Source of the DNA: an uncultured Planctomycetota bacterium
GTDB lineage: Bacteria > Planctomycetota > Planctomycetia > Gemmatales > Gemmataceae
Assembly: GCA_963849325.1 (NCBI GenBank)
Contig: CAWKHF010000006.1
Location: 224,001-288,000 of the forward strand
Direction: 5' to 3'
Length of the DNA stretch: 64,000 nucleotides
Below are positions 18,550-27,605 of this stretch, one piece after another (the first letter of the stretch is position 1; the number at the start of each line of letters is the position of its first letter). A program made the translations under genes and the position numbers. The notes under the pieces are model-generated. The model was given only the letters and a program-made list of their open reading frames with translations. It made no database searches and was not told the origin of the DNA.

Positions 18550-19527
18550 ATGCCGTCCTCCCTCGCGCTCGTCATCTCGCCGCTGGCCCTCGTCCCGCAC
18601 GAATGGCTCGACAACGGCATCGAAAGTTTCACCCGCGTGGCTCCTTCCGGCCACTTTTTCCACTACAGCTACAACATCCGCGCTCTGCTGGCCCTGGTCC
18701 TGGTCAGCGTCTGCTGCGGCGCCATCGGCTCGCTGGTCGTCGGCGGCCGATTGGCCTTCTTCAGCGATGCGCTGGCGCACTGTTCCTTCGCCGGCATCAG
18801 CATCGGCTTTCTCGTCTTCACCGGCCTGCTGGCCGGCATTCGACCGGCCCGCGAGTTCTGGGACTGGGCCACCGTGGTCATGGTCCTGTTCGGCATCGTG
18901 GCCGGCTGCGGCATCGTCTGGGTGCGAACCCTCACCGGCCTGAGCAGCGACACCGTGATCGGCGTTTTCTTCGCCGGCGCCGTCGGCCTGGCCGCCGCCC
19001 TGCGCGACCTGATCCACAACCGCGCCCTGTTCAACCTCGAAGACTTCCTCTTCGGCAATCCCATGCTGGTGTTCAGCTCGCACCTCGTCGTCCTGGCGTG
19101 CCTGGCCGTCTTCACCGCCGGGCTTCTGGCCCGCATCTACAACCACCTGCTGCTCACCAGCTTCAACAGCAGCCTGGCCCTGTCGCGCCGCGTGCCGGTG
19201 CAGGCGGTCAATTACCTGTTCATCATTCTGCTGGCCCTGATTGTCAACCTGTGCCTGCGCTTTGTCGGCGCCCTGCTCATCAACGCCCTGCTCATCATCC
19301 CGGCGGCGACGGCCATCAACCTCAGCCGCAACATGCGGCAGCTGTTCTGGCTGACCATCGTCCTCAGCGTGGCCCTCAGCGTCGGCGGACAATGGCTGAA
19401 TTGGGAGATGCTGCAAGGCGCCAAAATCCCTCTCGGCATCTCCGGCACGATTGTTCTGCTCAGCGTGATGGCCTTCGTGTTGTCGATGATCGTCGGCCCG
19501 TGGCTGCGCGGCCGACGCACGGTTTGA
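18550..19527 (+). CDS. Mn/Zn ABC transporter permease (ZnuB/MntB family)
   Basis: FFSDALAH, FLFGN, VGALLINALLIIPAATA. Confidence 0.9.
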   Translation: MPSSLALVISPLALVPHEWLDNGIESFTRVAPSGHFFHYSYNIRALLALVLVSVCCGAIGSLVVGGRLAFFSDALAHCSFAGISIGFLVFTGLLAGIRPAREFWDWATVVMVLFGIVAGCGIVWVRTLTGLSSDTVIGVFFAGAVGLAAALRDLIHNRALFNLEDFLFGNPMLVFSSHLVVLACLAVFTAGLLARIYNHLLLTSFNSSLALSRRVPVQAVNYLFIILLALIVNLCLRFVGALLINALLIIPAATAINLSRNMRQLFWLTIVLSVALSVGGQWLNWEMLQGAKIPLGISGTIVLLSVMAFVLSMIVGPWLRGRRTV

Positions 19528-19529
19528 CT

Positions 19530-19602
19530 CCGAGCCTGAAGCGTAAGCGAAGAGGACGGCAACCGAAGGTTGCCGTCCTCTTCGCTTACGCTTCAGGCTC
19601 GG
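19530..19602. repeat. REP palindrome family B
   Basis: CCGAGCCTGAAGCGTAAGCGAAG arms. Confidence 0.85.
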
Positions 19603-19637
19603 TGAATACGATAATACCTCGTTTGCAAAAAAATCGC

Positions 19638-19666
19638 TTGACGCGCGCTCACATTCTGGATAAACT
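19638..19666 (+). promoter_or_regulatory. Putative sigma70 promoter
   Basis: TTGACG-17 nt-TAAACT. Confidence 0.55.
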
Positions 19667-19732
19667 TATCCATATATCCTCCGTCCCGCTCCTCGATCCC
19701 ACCCGGCGGGACACCGACGAAGGAGTCGAGCC

Positions 19733-21016
19733 GTGAAGCAAGCTACCCTTCTCCTCTTGCTGTTGACGCTGGCGGCGCCGGCTGGTGCCATGGACCTGGA
19801 GCGCGAGCCGATCAACTACACCAGCGCCGACCCTCACAACGCGGTCGAACGACTGCAAGAGCGCCTGGACGATGGCCGGGTGAAACTGGTTTACGAGGAG
19901 GGACTGGGCTACCTGCGCTCGCTGCTGCGCGAGCTGAACGTGCCGACGTCATCGCAGATGCTGGTCTTCTCCAAGACGAGCTTGCAGCGGCAGCGCATCA
20001 ATCCGCGGACGCCGCGGGCCATCTACTTCAGCGACGACGTTTACGTCGGTTATTGCCAGAAGGGCGACCTGGTGGAAGTGACGGCCAGCGATCCGCAGCT
20101 CGGCTCCGTTTATTACTCGCTCCAACAGAAGAAGACCGAGCGGCCGCGCTTGCAGCGGCAGACGGACAACTGCCTGATCTGTCACGCTTCCTCGTTCAAC
20201 CAGGGCATGCCGGGACACCTGATCCGCTCGGTGTTCGCCGACGGACTCGGTCTGCCGGTGCTGACTTCGGGCGGCTATCGCACCGACCACAGCAGTCCAC
20301 TCAAGCAGCGCTGGGGCGGCTGGTACGTCACGGGCACCAGCGGCAAGCAGACACACATGGGCAACATGATCGTGCGCGGCAACCCTCGGCCGGACGACAT
20401 CGACAACTCCGCCAATATCAATGTGACCAGCCTGGAGCGCTACGTCAAAACGTCGCCGTACTTGACGCCGCACAGCGACATCGTGGCCCTGATGGTGCTG
20501 GAACATCAGGCGGAGATGCACAATCGTCTGACGAGGGCCAATTTCCTGACGCGCCTCGCCCTGCGCGACGAGGCGGAGTTCAACAAGGCGCTGGGCCGGC
20601 CGGCGAACTATCGTTCGGAGAGCACACTCAGCCGCATCAAGAACGCCGGCGAGCCGGTCGTCAAATACCTGCTGATGTGTGACGAGGCGCAACTGACCGA
20701 TCCGGTGAAAGGCACGTCGGGGTTTGCCGAGGAGTTTGTCCAGCGCGGGCCGCGCGATCGTCACGGCCGTTCGCTGCGCGACCTCGATCTGAAGCGTCGG
20801 TTGTTCGTCTATCCGTGCAGTTACCTCATCTATTCCGAGGCGTTTGACGCGCTGCCGCCGCCGGTCAAGGACTATGTGCTGCGGCGACTGTGGGATGTGC
20901 TCAACGGCCAGGACACGAGCAAGGAGTTCGCTCATCTGTCCACGGAGGACCGGCAGGCCATCCGCGACATCCTGTGCGCGACGAAGACGAACTTGCCGGA
21001 TTACTGGAAGCGCTAG
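19733..21016 (+). CDS. Secreted hypothetical protein with single CxxCH haem motif
   Basis: Signal peptide; CLICH; SQMLVFSKTSLQ; RWGGWYVTG. Confidence 0.8.
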   Translation: MKQATLLLLLLTLAAPAGAMDLEREPINYTSADPHNAVERLQERLDDGRVKLVYEEGLGYLRSLLRELNVPTSSQMLVFSKTSLQRQRINPRTPRAIYFSDDVYVGYCQKGDLVEVTASDPQLGSVYYSLQQKKTERPRLQRQTDNCLICHASSFNQGMPGHLIRSVFADGLGLPVLTSGGYRTDHSSPLKQRWGGWYVTGTSGKQTHMGNMIVRGNPRPDDIDNSANINVTSLERYVKTSPYLTPHSDIVALMVLEHQAEMHNRLTRANFLTRLALRDEAEFNKALGRPANYRSESTLSRIKNAGEPVVKYLLMCDEAQLTDPVKGTSGFAEEFVQRGPRDRHGRSLRDLDLKRRLFVYPCSYLIYSEAFDALPPPVKDYVLRRLWDVLNGQDTSKEFAHLSTEDRQAIRDILCATKTNLPDYWKR

Positions 21017-21020
21017 TCGG

Positions 21021-21662
21021 TTAGAGCTTGTGCAAGTCCTGCGTGCGCGGCAGATCGTCGAGACTGCGCATCTGGAAGAGCGACAGGAAGCGCGGCGTGG
21101 TGCTGTAAGCCACCTCGCGCTGATCGGCCTCGCCGCGGCGCACGGCGATCAGTCCGAGGCGCACCAGCTGGCGCAGAGGACCGCTCGACTCGGCGCCGCG
21201 CAGACCCTCGACTTCCTGACGAGTGATGGGTTGGCGATAGGCGACCAGGGCCAGCACGTCGAGGGCGGCCGGCGACAGGCGGGCCTGGCGCGTCGAGCCG
21301 TACAGGCGATCGAGTACGCCGCGAAAGCGCGGCTGCAAGACCAGCTCGCCGCCATGCTCGCCCATCTGAATGCGGTAAGGCCGGCCCTGCTGACGGTAAT
21401 CGCGATTGAGTCCGTCGAGGATGTCGCGGAACTGCTCGGCGGTCAGGCCGCGCACCGCCTCGGCGGCGCGGGCGGCTGTCAGCGGCGCGCCGCCGACGAA
21501 CAGCATCGCCTCGACAATCCGCCGCAGCGGAAGTGCCGACGACTCTTCGGCCGGCGCTTCGGTTCGCTCCGGCGTCCTCTCGGCCCCCACAGCGGACACC
21601 TCTCCCTCGTGTGGATCGAGGAGCCGTTCGTAACTCCGAGCCAGGTCGCGGGCATCCGTCAT
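21021..21662 (-). CDS. scpB: SMC-Scp complex subunit ScpB
   Basis: VEAMLF, LSPAALDVLALVAYRQPITR, YSTTPRFL. Confidence 0.9.
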   Translation of the reverse strand: MTDARDLARSYERLLDPHEGEVSAVGAERTPERTEAPAEESSALPLRRIVEAMLFVGGAPLTAARAAEAVRGLTAEQFRDILDGLNRDYRQQGRPYRIQMGEHGGELVLQPRFRGVLDRLYGSTRQARLSPAALDVLALVAYRQPITRQEVEGLRGAESSGPLRQLVRLGLIAVRRGEADQREVAYSTTPRFLSLFQMRSLDDLPRTQDLHKL

Positions 21663-21688
21663 CGCGGCTCGTCTCCGTCCCCCTCCGA

Positions 21689-22099
21689 CTACAAGAAGAA
21701 AATCCCCGTGATGAACGTCCCCGTCCACAACACGGCGAAGCACACGCCCAGCGACAGGTGGGCGCGGACGTGGCCCTTCAGTCCCGTGTACAACATCGCC
21801 GGCAGGACGAACGTGGACGGCACGGAGAACCACAGGTGTCGGTTGAGCGCCTGCCGCAGCGCACTGTCGCGGTTGAAGTACACGAACACGTCCGGCGCGA
21901 TCACGCGGACCACCAACTCCAGGCCGAGCACCGCCATCAGCGTCAGCGTGAAGAAGATCAAGTTAAGTCGGCCATGCAGCCGGTAGTTGCCGCGCAGCAC
22001 GGCGATCAGCGCGGCAATGAACAAGACGGTGACGGCGGCGACGGCGATTTTCAGAGCCAGAATGACGTTCGGCCCGGTCAACACGGATAGTCCTTTCAC
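21689..22099 (-). CDS. DUF420-like membrane protein
   Basis: Four TM segments, NYRLHG and HL motifs. Confidence 0.65.
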   Translation of the reverse strand: MKGLSVLTGPNVILALKIAVAAVTVLFIAALIAVLRGNYRLHGRLNLIFFTLTLMAVLGLELVVRVIAPDVFVYFNRDSALRQALNRHLWFSVPSTFVLPAMLYTGLKGHVRAHLSLGVCFAVLWTGTFITGIFFL

Positions 22100-23037
22100 G
22101 CCGCCTGTTTGTTTTTCGCCTTGCTCTTGGGTTGATGTTTCCAGCGGCGGTGCAGCCAGAAATACTGCTCGGGATGGCGAGCGATCATGCGTTCCAGGGC
22201 CGACGTGAAGCGCTGCGTGATGGCGCGCACGGCGTCGGGTTGGCCCTGGTAGTCCGCCGGGTCAATCACGTCGCCGCTCCAGATGTCGTGTCCCCAGGCG
22301 GCGCCGGCGGAGGCGGGGCGGCGCGTGCAGGTCATCACCAACATGGGCACATTGTATTCCAGGGCCAAGAGAGCGATGGCCTTGTGCGTCGAGGCCGGCC
22401 GGTTGAAGAAGTCCACGAACAGGCCGCGCTGCCCGGCGTCCTGGTCGCCCAGCGTCAGCATGATGCCCTTGGCGGCCAGCACCTTCTGCATCTGATCGAA
22501 GTCGCCGTGCTTGGCGAGCAGCTTCTGTCCGGTGTTCTCGCGGAAGCGGCGAAAATACGCATCGACGTAGGGATTGTCCAGCGGCCGAGCGATGGCGTGC
22601 GTGCGAAAACCGAACAGGGCCAGGGCGTAGCCGCCCAGCTCCCAGTTGCCGAAGTGGCCGCTGACGATCAGCACCGGACGGTCCCCCAGCAGCATCCCGA
22701 CCAGCGGCCGGCAACCCGGCAGTCCGAAGTGTTGCTTCCAGTTCTGCGGATGCAGCATGCGCGGCACGTGGATGATCTCCATGAGCATCGTGCAGAAATG
22801 TCGATAAACGGCGCGCACCAGCCGATCGCGCTCCGCTTCGTCGCCCTGCCCGAAGGCGTGCCGCAGGTTGTCCAGCGCCACCAGACGATGACGGCGATCG
22901 ATCTTGTAAATCAGCCATGCCAGGACGTTCGCCGCCTTGCAAGCGGCGCGGAACGATAGCGCCTGCAAGATGCACACGACCACGCGAACCGCGATGTACA
23001 CGGCGAAATCCGCTGCCTGGGATCGGGTTTTGGACAT
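22096..23037 (-). CDS. Lipid A / lysophospholipid acyltransferase (LpxL/HtrB family)
   Basis: HFGNWE, DQD, PEQYFWLHRRWK. Confidence 0.9.
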   Translation of the reverse strand: MSKTRSQAADFAVYIAVRVVVCILQALSFRAACKAANVLAWLIYKIDRRHRLVALDNLRHAFGQGDEAERDRLVRAVYRHFCTMLMEIIHVPRMLHPQNWKQHFGLPGCRPLVGMLLGDRPVLIVSGHFGNWELGGYALALFGFRTHAIARPLDNPYVDAYFRRFRENTGQKLLAKHGDFDQMQKVLAAKGIMLTLGDQDAGQRGLFVDFFNRPASTHKAIALLALEYNVPMLVMTCTRRPASAGAAWGHDIWSGDVIDPADYQGQPDAVRAITQRFTSALERMIARHPEQYFWLHRRWKHQPKSKAKNKQAA

Positions 23038-23098
23038 GGGCCACTCCTTTGGCAATTCGTCCGTAGCCGCTTGCGGCATAGCGCTAAGCCGCAAGCGG

Positions 23099-24172
23099 CT
23101 ACGGATTCTTATCGAGGGCGACGGTCTTTCCCGCCGCCGCGGACTGATAAATCGCCTCGATCACCGCGACGGCCTTGCGTCCTTCGCATCCATCGACCAG
23201 CGGCGCGGACCCTGTGCGGATGGCCCGCACGAAGTCGGCCAGCTGGCGGGCGTGGCCGACGTGCGAGATGGCCGCCGGGTTGCTCGATCCGCCGGAGGCG
23301 CCGGTCTTCTGAGCGAAACGCTCCTTGACGGCCTTATCTTCGGGCGTTTCGGGCGTCAGCTCCCAGCGCAGCACGTCGTCCTGCTCGATGATGACGGTGC
23401 CGCGATCGCCATGCACGGCGATGGTTTTCGGCAGTCCCGGATGCACGCTGGTCGTGGCCTGGATGACGCCGAGCGCGCCGTTGGCGAAGCGCAGGCAAGC
23501 CACGGCGGTGTCCTCGACCTCGATGCGCTCATGGGCCAGCGTGGCCGTGAAACCGTTGATGTGCGTCACCGGCCCCATCATCCACAATAAAAGATCGACA
23601 TTGTGGATGGCCTGGTTCATCAGCGCTCCGCCGCCGTCGAGCGACTGGGTGCCCTTCCAGCCGCCTTCGTCGTAATAGGACTGCGGCCGCCACCACTTGC
23701 ACGTCGTCTCGCCCAGCGTCAGCCGGCCAAAGCGGCCGGACTCGACGGCGTCCTTCAGCGCTCGGTTGGCGTCGCCGAAGCGCGACGGGAAGATGGTACA
23801 CAGCTGAACGCCGTGGCGGTGGCAGGCGCGGATGATCTCGTCGCAGCGCTGGGTGGTGATTTCCAGCGGCTTCTCGACGACGACGTGTTTGCCGGCCGAC
23901 GCGGCGGCGACGGCCGGCTCCCGATGCGCTCCGCTCGGCGTCGTGATGATGACCGCCTGCACGTCCGGCCGGGCCAGCACGGCGCCGAGGTCGGTCGAGA
24001 CGACGCAGTCGAGTCCAAGCTGTTCGGCCATGGCGCGAGCGTTGGCCTCGCGGCGGCTGACCAGCGCCACCAGTCGCGCGTCCGGCACCTCGGCCAGGGC
24101 GCGAGCGTGAAAGCGCGCGATCATGCCGCAGCCAATCAGGGCAAAGCCGATCTGCTGGGGGGCGGGAGACAT
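23099..24172 (-). CDS. Gfo/Idh/MocA oxidoreductase
   Basis: IGCGMIA, VVEKP, GGGALMNQAIH. Confidence 0.9.
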   Translation of the reverse strand: MSPAPQQIGFALIGCGMIARFHARALAEVPDARLVALVSRREANARAMAEQLGLDCVVSTDLGAVLARPDVQAVIITTPSGAHREPAVAAASAGKHVVVEKPLEITTQRCDEIIRACHRHGVQLCTIFPSRFGDANRALKDAVESGRFGRLTLGETTCKWWRPQSYYDEGGWKGTQSLDGGGALMNQAIHNVDLLLWMMGPVTHINGFTATLAHERIEVEDTAVACLRFANGALGVIQATTSVHPGLPKTIAVHGDRGTVIIEQDDVLRWELTPETPEDKAVKERFAQKTGASGGSSNPAAISHVGHARQLADFVRAIRTGSAPLVDGCEGRKAVAVIEAIYQSAAAGKTVALDKNP

Positions 24173-24183
24173 CTCGGATCTCC

Positions 24184-24245
24184 GGCGAGCGGGGGGCGTC
24201 AGCCCCCTGTTGGAGCCAACAGGGGGCTGACGCCCCCCGCTCGCC
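24184..24245. repeat. REP palindrome family C
   Basis: GGCGAGCGGGGGGCGTCAGCCCCCTG arms; copy at 30609, partial copies at 32782 and ~52706-52767. Confidence 0.85.
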
Positions 24246-24836
24246 CTACGCATTGAGAAGCATGACGGCTTTCCATACGTACTGCAAGCCGCTCAGCAAG
24301 GTCACGATCACCATTGTCCACACGAGGACGTTGCGCACCCCATCGAAAAACAGGTTCCACGAGCCGGAGCCTTCGGGCACCATCAGCGCCACGAACACGG
24401 CGATGACGGCGGCGCACTGCAAGCCCATCTTGAACTTGCCCAGCCAATCGGCGCCGAAGCGTGCCCCATGCGACTCCATCCAACTGCGCAGTCCGGTGAT
24501 GACCAGCTCCCGCGCCACCACGACCGTCACCATCCACGGCCACAACCAGCCTTGCCGGGCGCCCAGCGGCAATAAACTGACATAAACACCGCACAAAAGC
24601 ACTTTATCGACCAACGGATCGAGGAGGCGTCCCAGGGTGCTCGTCAGGTTCTGCTTGCGGGCCAGGTAGCCGTCGAGCCAGTCGGTGAAGGCGGCGACGA
24701 TGAAGACAATCAGGCACCCCAGCCATTGTTCGTAGGCGATCAGTGCGAACAGCGCCAGGGCCAGGACGAAGCGCGAGGCGGTCAGCTGATTGGGCAGGTT
24801 CCAGACCCGCGGCCGGGTCGGAGTGGTCGTGGCCAT
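24246..24836 (-). CDS. pgsA: CDP-diacylglycerol-glycerol-3-phosphate phosphatidyltransferase
   Basis: NLPNQLT, TDWLDGYLAR...GRLLDPLVDK. Confidence 0.92.
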   Translation of the reverse strand: MATTTPTRPRVWNLPNQLTASRFVLALALFALIAYEQWLGCLIVFIVAAFTDWLDGYLARKQNLTSTLGRLLDPLVDKVLLCGVYVSLLPLGARQGWLWPWMVTVVVARELVITGLRSWMESHGARFGADWLGKFKMGLQCAAVIAVFVALMVPEGSGSWNLFFDGVRNVLVWTMVIVTLLSGLQYVWKAVMLLNA

Positions 24837-24855
24837 CGCTGTCGCCTCCCGTGCC

Positions 24856-26208
24856 TCAGCGGACCCGTAGGGCGCGGGCGGCCAGGTCGTAGCCATCAGC
24901 GCCGGTGACGCGGGCGCGGACCAGGTCGCCGGCGTGCAGCCCCTTGCCCTTCAGACGCACGACGCCGTCGATGTCCGGGGCGTCCGCCTGACTGCGGGCC
25001 AGCACGTGGCCGGGCACCTCGGGGTCCGGCCCATCGACGATCACCTCCAGCTCCTCGCCGATACGCTGGCGCGTCCAGGCGAAGGCCAGCTCCTGCTGGA
25101 TCTCCATGAGCCGATCGCGCCGCTGCTGCTTGACCTCCTCGGGAACGTGGTCCGGCAGACGAGCGGCCGGCGTGCCCGGCTCCAACGAGTACGGAAAGAC
25201 GCCGACGCGCTCGAAGCGCAACGTCCGCACGAATTCGCATAACTCCTCGAATTCGGCCTCGGTCTCGCCGGGGAAGCCGGTGATGAAGGTCGTGCGCAGT
25301 GCCAGGCCGGGGACCGCCGCCCGTAGCCGGGCCAGCAGATCCTCGGTCTCGGCCCGGTTGACGCGCCGCTGCATGCGCCGCAGTACACGGTCGTTGATGT
25401 GCTGCAAGGGCATGTCCAGGTACGGCAGCACCTTCGGCGTCTCGGCCAGCGTCTCGATCAGCTCGTCGGTGAAGTGGATGGGATAGGCATACAGGATGCG
25501 AATCCACTCCAGCCCCTCGACCGCGTTCAGCTGGCGCAGCAGCTCGGCGAGGCGGACGCGGCCATACAGGTCGAGACCATAATAAGTCGTGTCCTGGGCG
25601 ACGACGATCAACTCGCGCACACCGTCGGCGGCCAGCTCGCGGGCCTCGGCCAGCACCTGCTCCATCGGCTTGGTCACGTGTTTGCCGCGCATGCCGGGGA
25701 TGGCGCAGAAGGTACACAGACGATCGCAGCCTTCGGAGATTTTCAGGTAGGCGTAATGTCGCGGCGTGATGCGCAGGCGAGCCGTGTCTTCCAGGGCGCG
25801 CACGGGGGCAGGCCGAAATAGGCTGCGCTGTTCGTCCCGGCGCTGCTGGTACAGGGTGCGGTCGAGGACTTGCGCGATCTCCTCGCGGCCGAAGACGCCG
25901 ACGATGTGATCGACGCCGGGCACTTCGTTCAGCAGGTCGTCTTTCTTGCGCTCGGCCAGGCAGCCGGCGACGACCACGGCGCCGACGCGGCCCTGCTCCT
26001 TGAGGGTCAGCATCTCGCGGATGACGCCGAGCGATTCCTGGCGGGCCGGCTCGATGAAGCCACAAGTGTTGATGACCACGACGTCGGCGCCGTCGGCGTC
26101 GGGCGTCAGAGTGTAGCCGTCCTGGGCCAGCTTGCCGAGCATGCGCTCGGAATCGACGAGGTTCTTTGGGCAGCCGAGGCTGACAAACGCGAAGGTCTTC
26201 GACGCCAT
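24856..26208 (-). CDS. rimO: Ribosomal protein S12 methylthiotransferase
   Basis: SLGCPKNLVDSE, NTCGFI, ISEGCDRLCTFC, APDIDG. Confidence 0.95.
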   Translation of the reverse strand: MASKTFAFVSLGCPKNLVDSERMLGKLAQDGYTLTPDADGADVVVINTCGFIEPARQESLGVIREMLTLKEQGRVGAVVVAGCLAERKKDDLLNEVPGVDHIVGVFGREEIAQVLDRTLYQQRRDEQRSLFRPAPVRALEDTARLRITPRHYAYLKISEGCDRLCTFCAIPGMRGKHVTKPMEQVLAEARELAADGVRELIVVAQDTTYYGLDLYGRVRLAELLRQLNAVEGLEWIRILYAYPIHFTDELIETLAETPKVLPYLDMPLQHINDRVLRRMQRRVNRAETEDLLARLRAAVPGLALRTTFITGFPGETEAEFEELCEFVRTLRFERVGVFPYSLEPGTPAARLPDHVPEEVKQQRRDRLMEIQQELAFAWTRQRIGEELEVIVDGPDPEVPGHVLARSQADAPDIDGVVRLKGKGLHAGDLVRARVTGADGYDLAARALRVR

Positions 26209-26325
26209 GAATGATTCGATCCTTGTTGTCCTGGATGCGGCTGCGCGACCTCCGCTCCCTCGCCTGCACGGTAATTCGTTCAGTGTAGCGAGGCCGGCGA
26301 TTGAAGGGAAGGCGAGCGGCGCGGC

Positions 26326-26388
26326 AAAAAAACCAGGCCGGCCCAACCTCGAGGACGCTGCCAACCTCGCGGTTAGAACCGGCCCGGT
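26326..26388 (-). terminator. Long hairpin plus U-tract upstream of rimO
   Basis: Minus strand ACCGGGCCGG...CCGGCCTGGT TTTTTT. Confidence 0.6.
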
Positions 26389-26692
26389 CAACACCATGAC
26401 GTGCCAGGCGCACGTCCACGCCGTTTCCGGCGCTGGTCCCTCGGGAACCATCGAGAGACCGTAGTCCCTCTTTACCCCCCACGGTAGGCTCCGCGAACGA
26501 GGACCACCAGGAGCGCTCGCCTCGCACACACAGAGACGATGCGCGAGTGGCGGGAAAAATTGTGAAAAATTCTCATCAATGAAGAAAAGTGCTGGAAGCG
26601 ACGCCCGATCCGGGACAGGATGGAGAACGGGATTAAATCGCCTGGCATCCGTTCCATCGACGCGCCGCTCAGGGGAAGGAGGGGTACGAAGC

Positions 26693-27193
26693 ATGTTTCT
26701 CCGTAAATGGAAGCTCGCCGTCATCGCCCTGCTGCTTCTTGGTCTTGTCGATTCCGGGTCCGGGTTCGTCGCCCGTCGCACCGGCGCGGAGCCGCCGGCA
26801 CCCAAACCGAAAGCGGACAAGCCGGCGAAAACGCCAGAGGAGATGACAGCCCTTCTCCAAGCTCGTGCCGCGGTGGCGGAGAAGGTCTATCGGGCAGCTT
26901 TTGAGGGGCTTACCCACACGCGCAGGATTCAAAATGTCCTCGTGCAGGTCACTCAGAACTCGGAGGATGTCTACATCTGGTCGGTTCGCTGGCTCCAGGC
27001 CCAACGCGATCGGAGTCCGAAGCACGAAGACCAGGTCGCCGCCCTGGAAGCCCACCTCCAGCGCATGACGGAAATGAAAAAGGTTATCAAAGAACTCTCC
27101 CGAGACCTTATGCCGCTCATCAAAGTAGACGAGGCCGAGTGGTATCGGCTGGAGGCCGAGTTGTGGCTGGTGCGGGCGAAAGCCGCGAAATGA
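26693..27193 (+). CDS. Secreted/membrane hypothetical resembling the C-terminal extension of planctomycete ECF sigma factors
   Basis: N-terminus aligns with the TM segment of the neighbouring ECF. Confidence 0.7.
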   Translation: MFLRKWKLAVIALLLLGLVDSGSGFVARRTGAEPPAPKPKADKPAKTPEEMTALLQARAAVAEKVYRAAFEGLTHTRRIQNVLVQVTQNSEDVYIWSVRWLQAQRDRSPKHEDQVAALEAHLQRMTEMKKVIKELSRDLMPLIKVDEAEWYRLEAELWLVRAKAAK

Positions 27194-27215
27194 AGCGCGT
27201 TTGATGCGACCAGCC

Positions 27216-27417
27216 CGGAGGGGTGCGTGTGTCGATTCGGGGCGTGTGGGTTTTGTTTCGTTAGCCCAGCCCTTCAGGGCTGGGAAGAGGGGCGGGACGA
27301 AACGGCTTCGGGGCTTTAGCCCCTCCGGCTTGTTGGGCAGACGCAACGGAGGGCCTAAAGGCCCAATCTTCCCGCGCTCGTCGCTCTCCCCAGCCCTGAA
27401 GGGCTGGGCTAACGAAA
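27216..27417. repeat. ~220-bp palindromic element, copy 2 (inverted relative to copy 1)
   Basis: Same terminal arms and internal AGGGGCTAAAGCCC / GGGCCTTTAGGCCC motifs. Confidence 0.85.
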
Positions 27418-27448
27418 AATACCATCCCCGAATCCATGCACGCACTCA

Positions 27449-27520
27449 CCCAGAGCATCCGCGACGGATTCGTCCTGGCGCGGACGCTCCGGGCTGGTCC
27501 ATTTCTGGTGAAATATCCCC
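27449..27520 (+). repeat. ~72-bp direct repeat upstream of ECF gene
   Basis: Matches 29320-29391 (TCCGCGACGGATTCG...GGACGCTCCGGGCTGGTC...GAAATATCCCC). Confidence 0.8.
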
Positions 27521-27605
27521 GGAATCGAGAAAAAAGGTGGAAGCGACGGCCCGATCCGGGGCAGTATGGAGAGTGGGATTGAACCTGTCGGCGAGGGTCC
27601 GAGAC

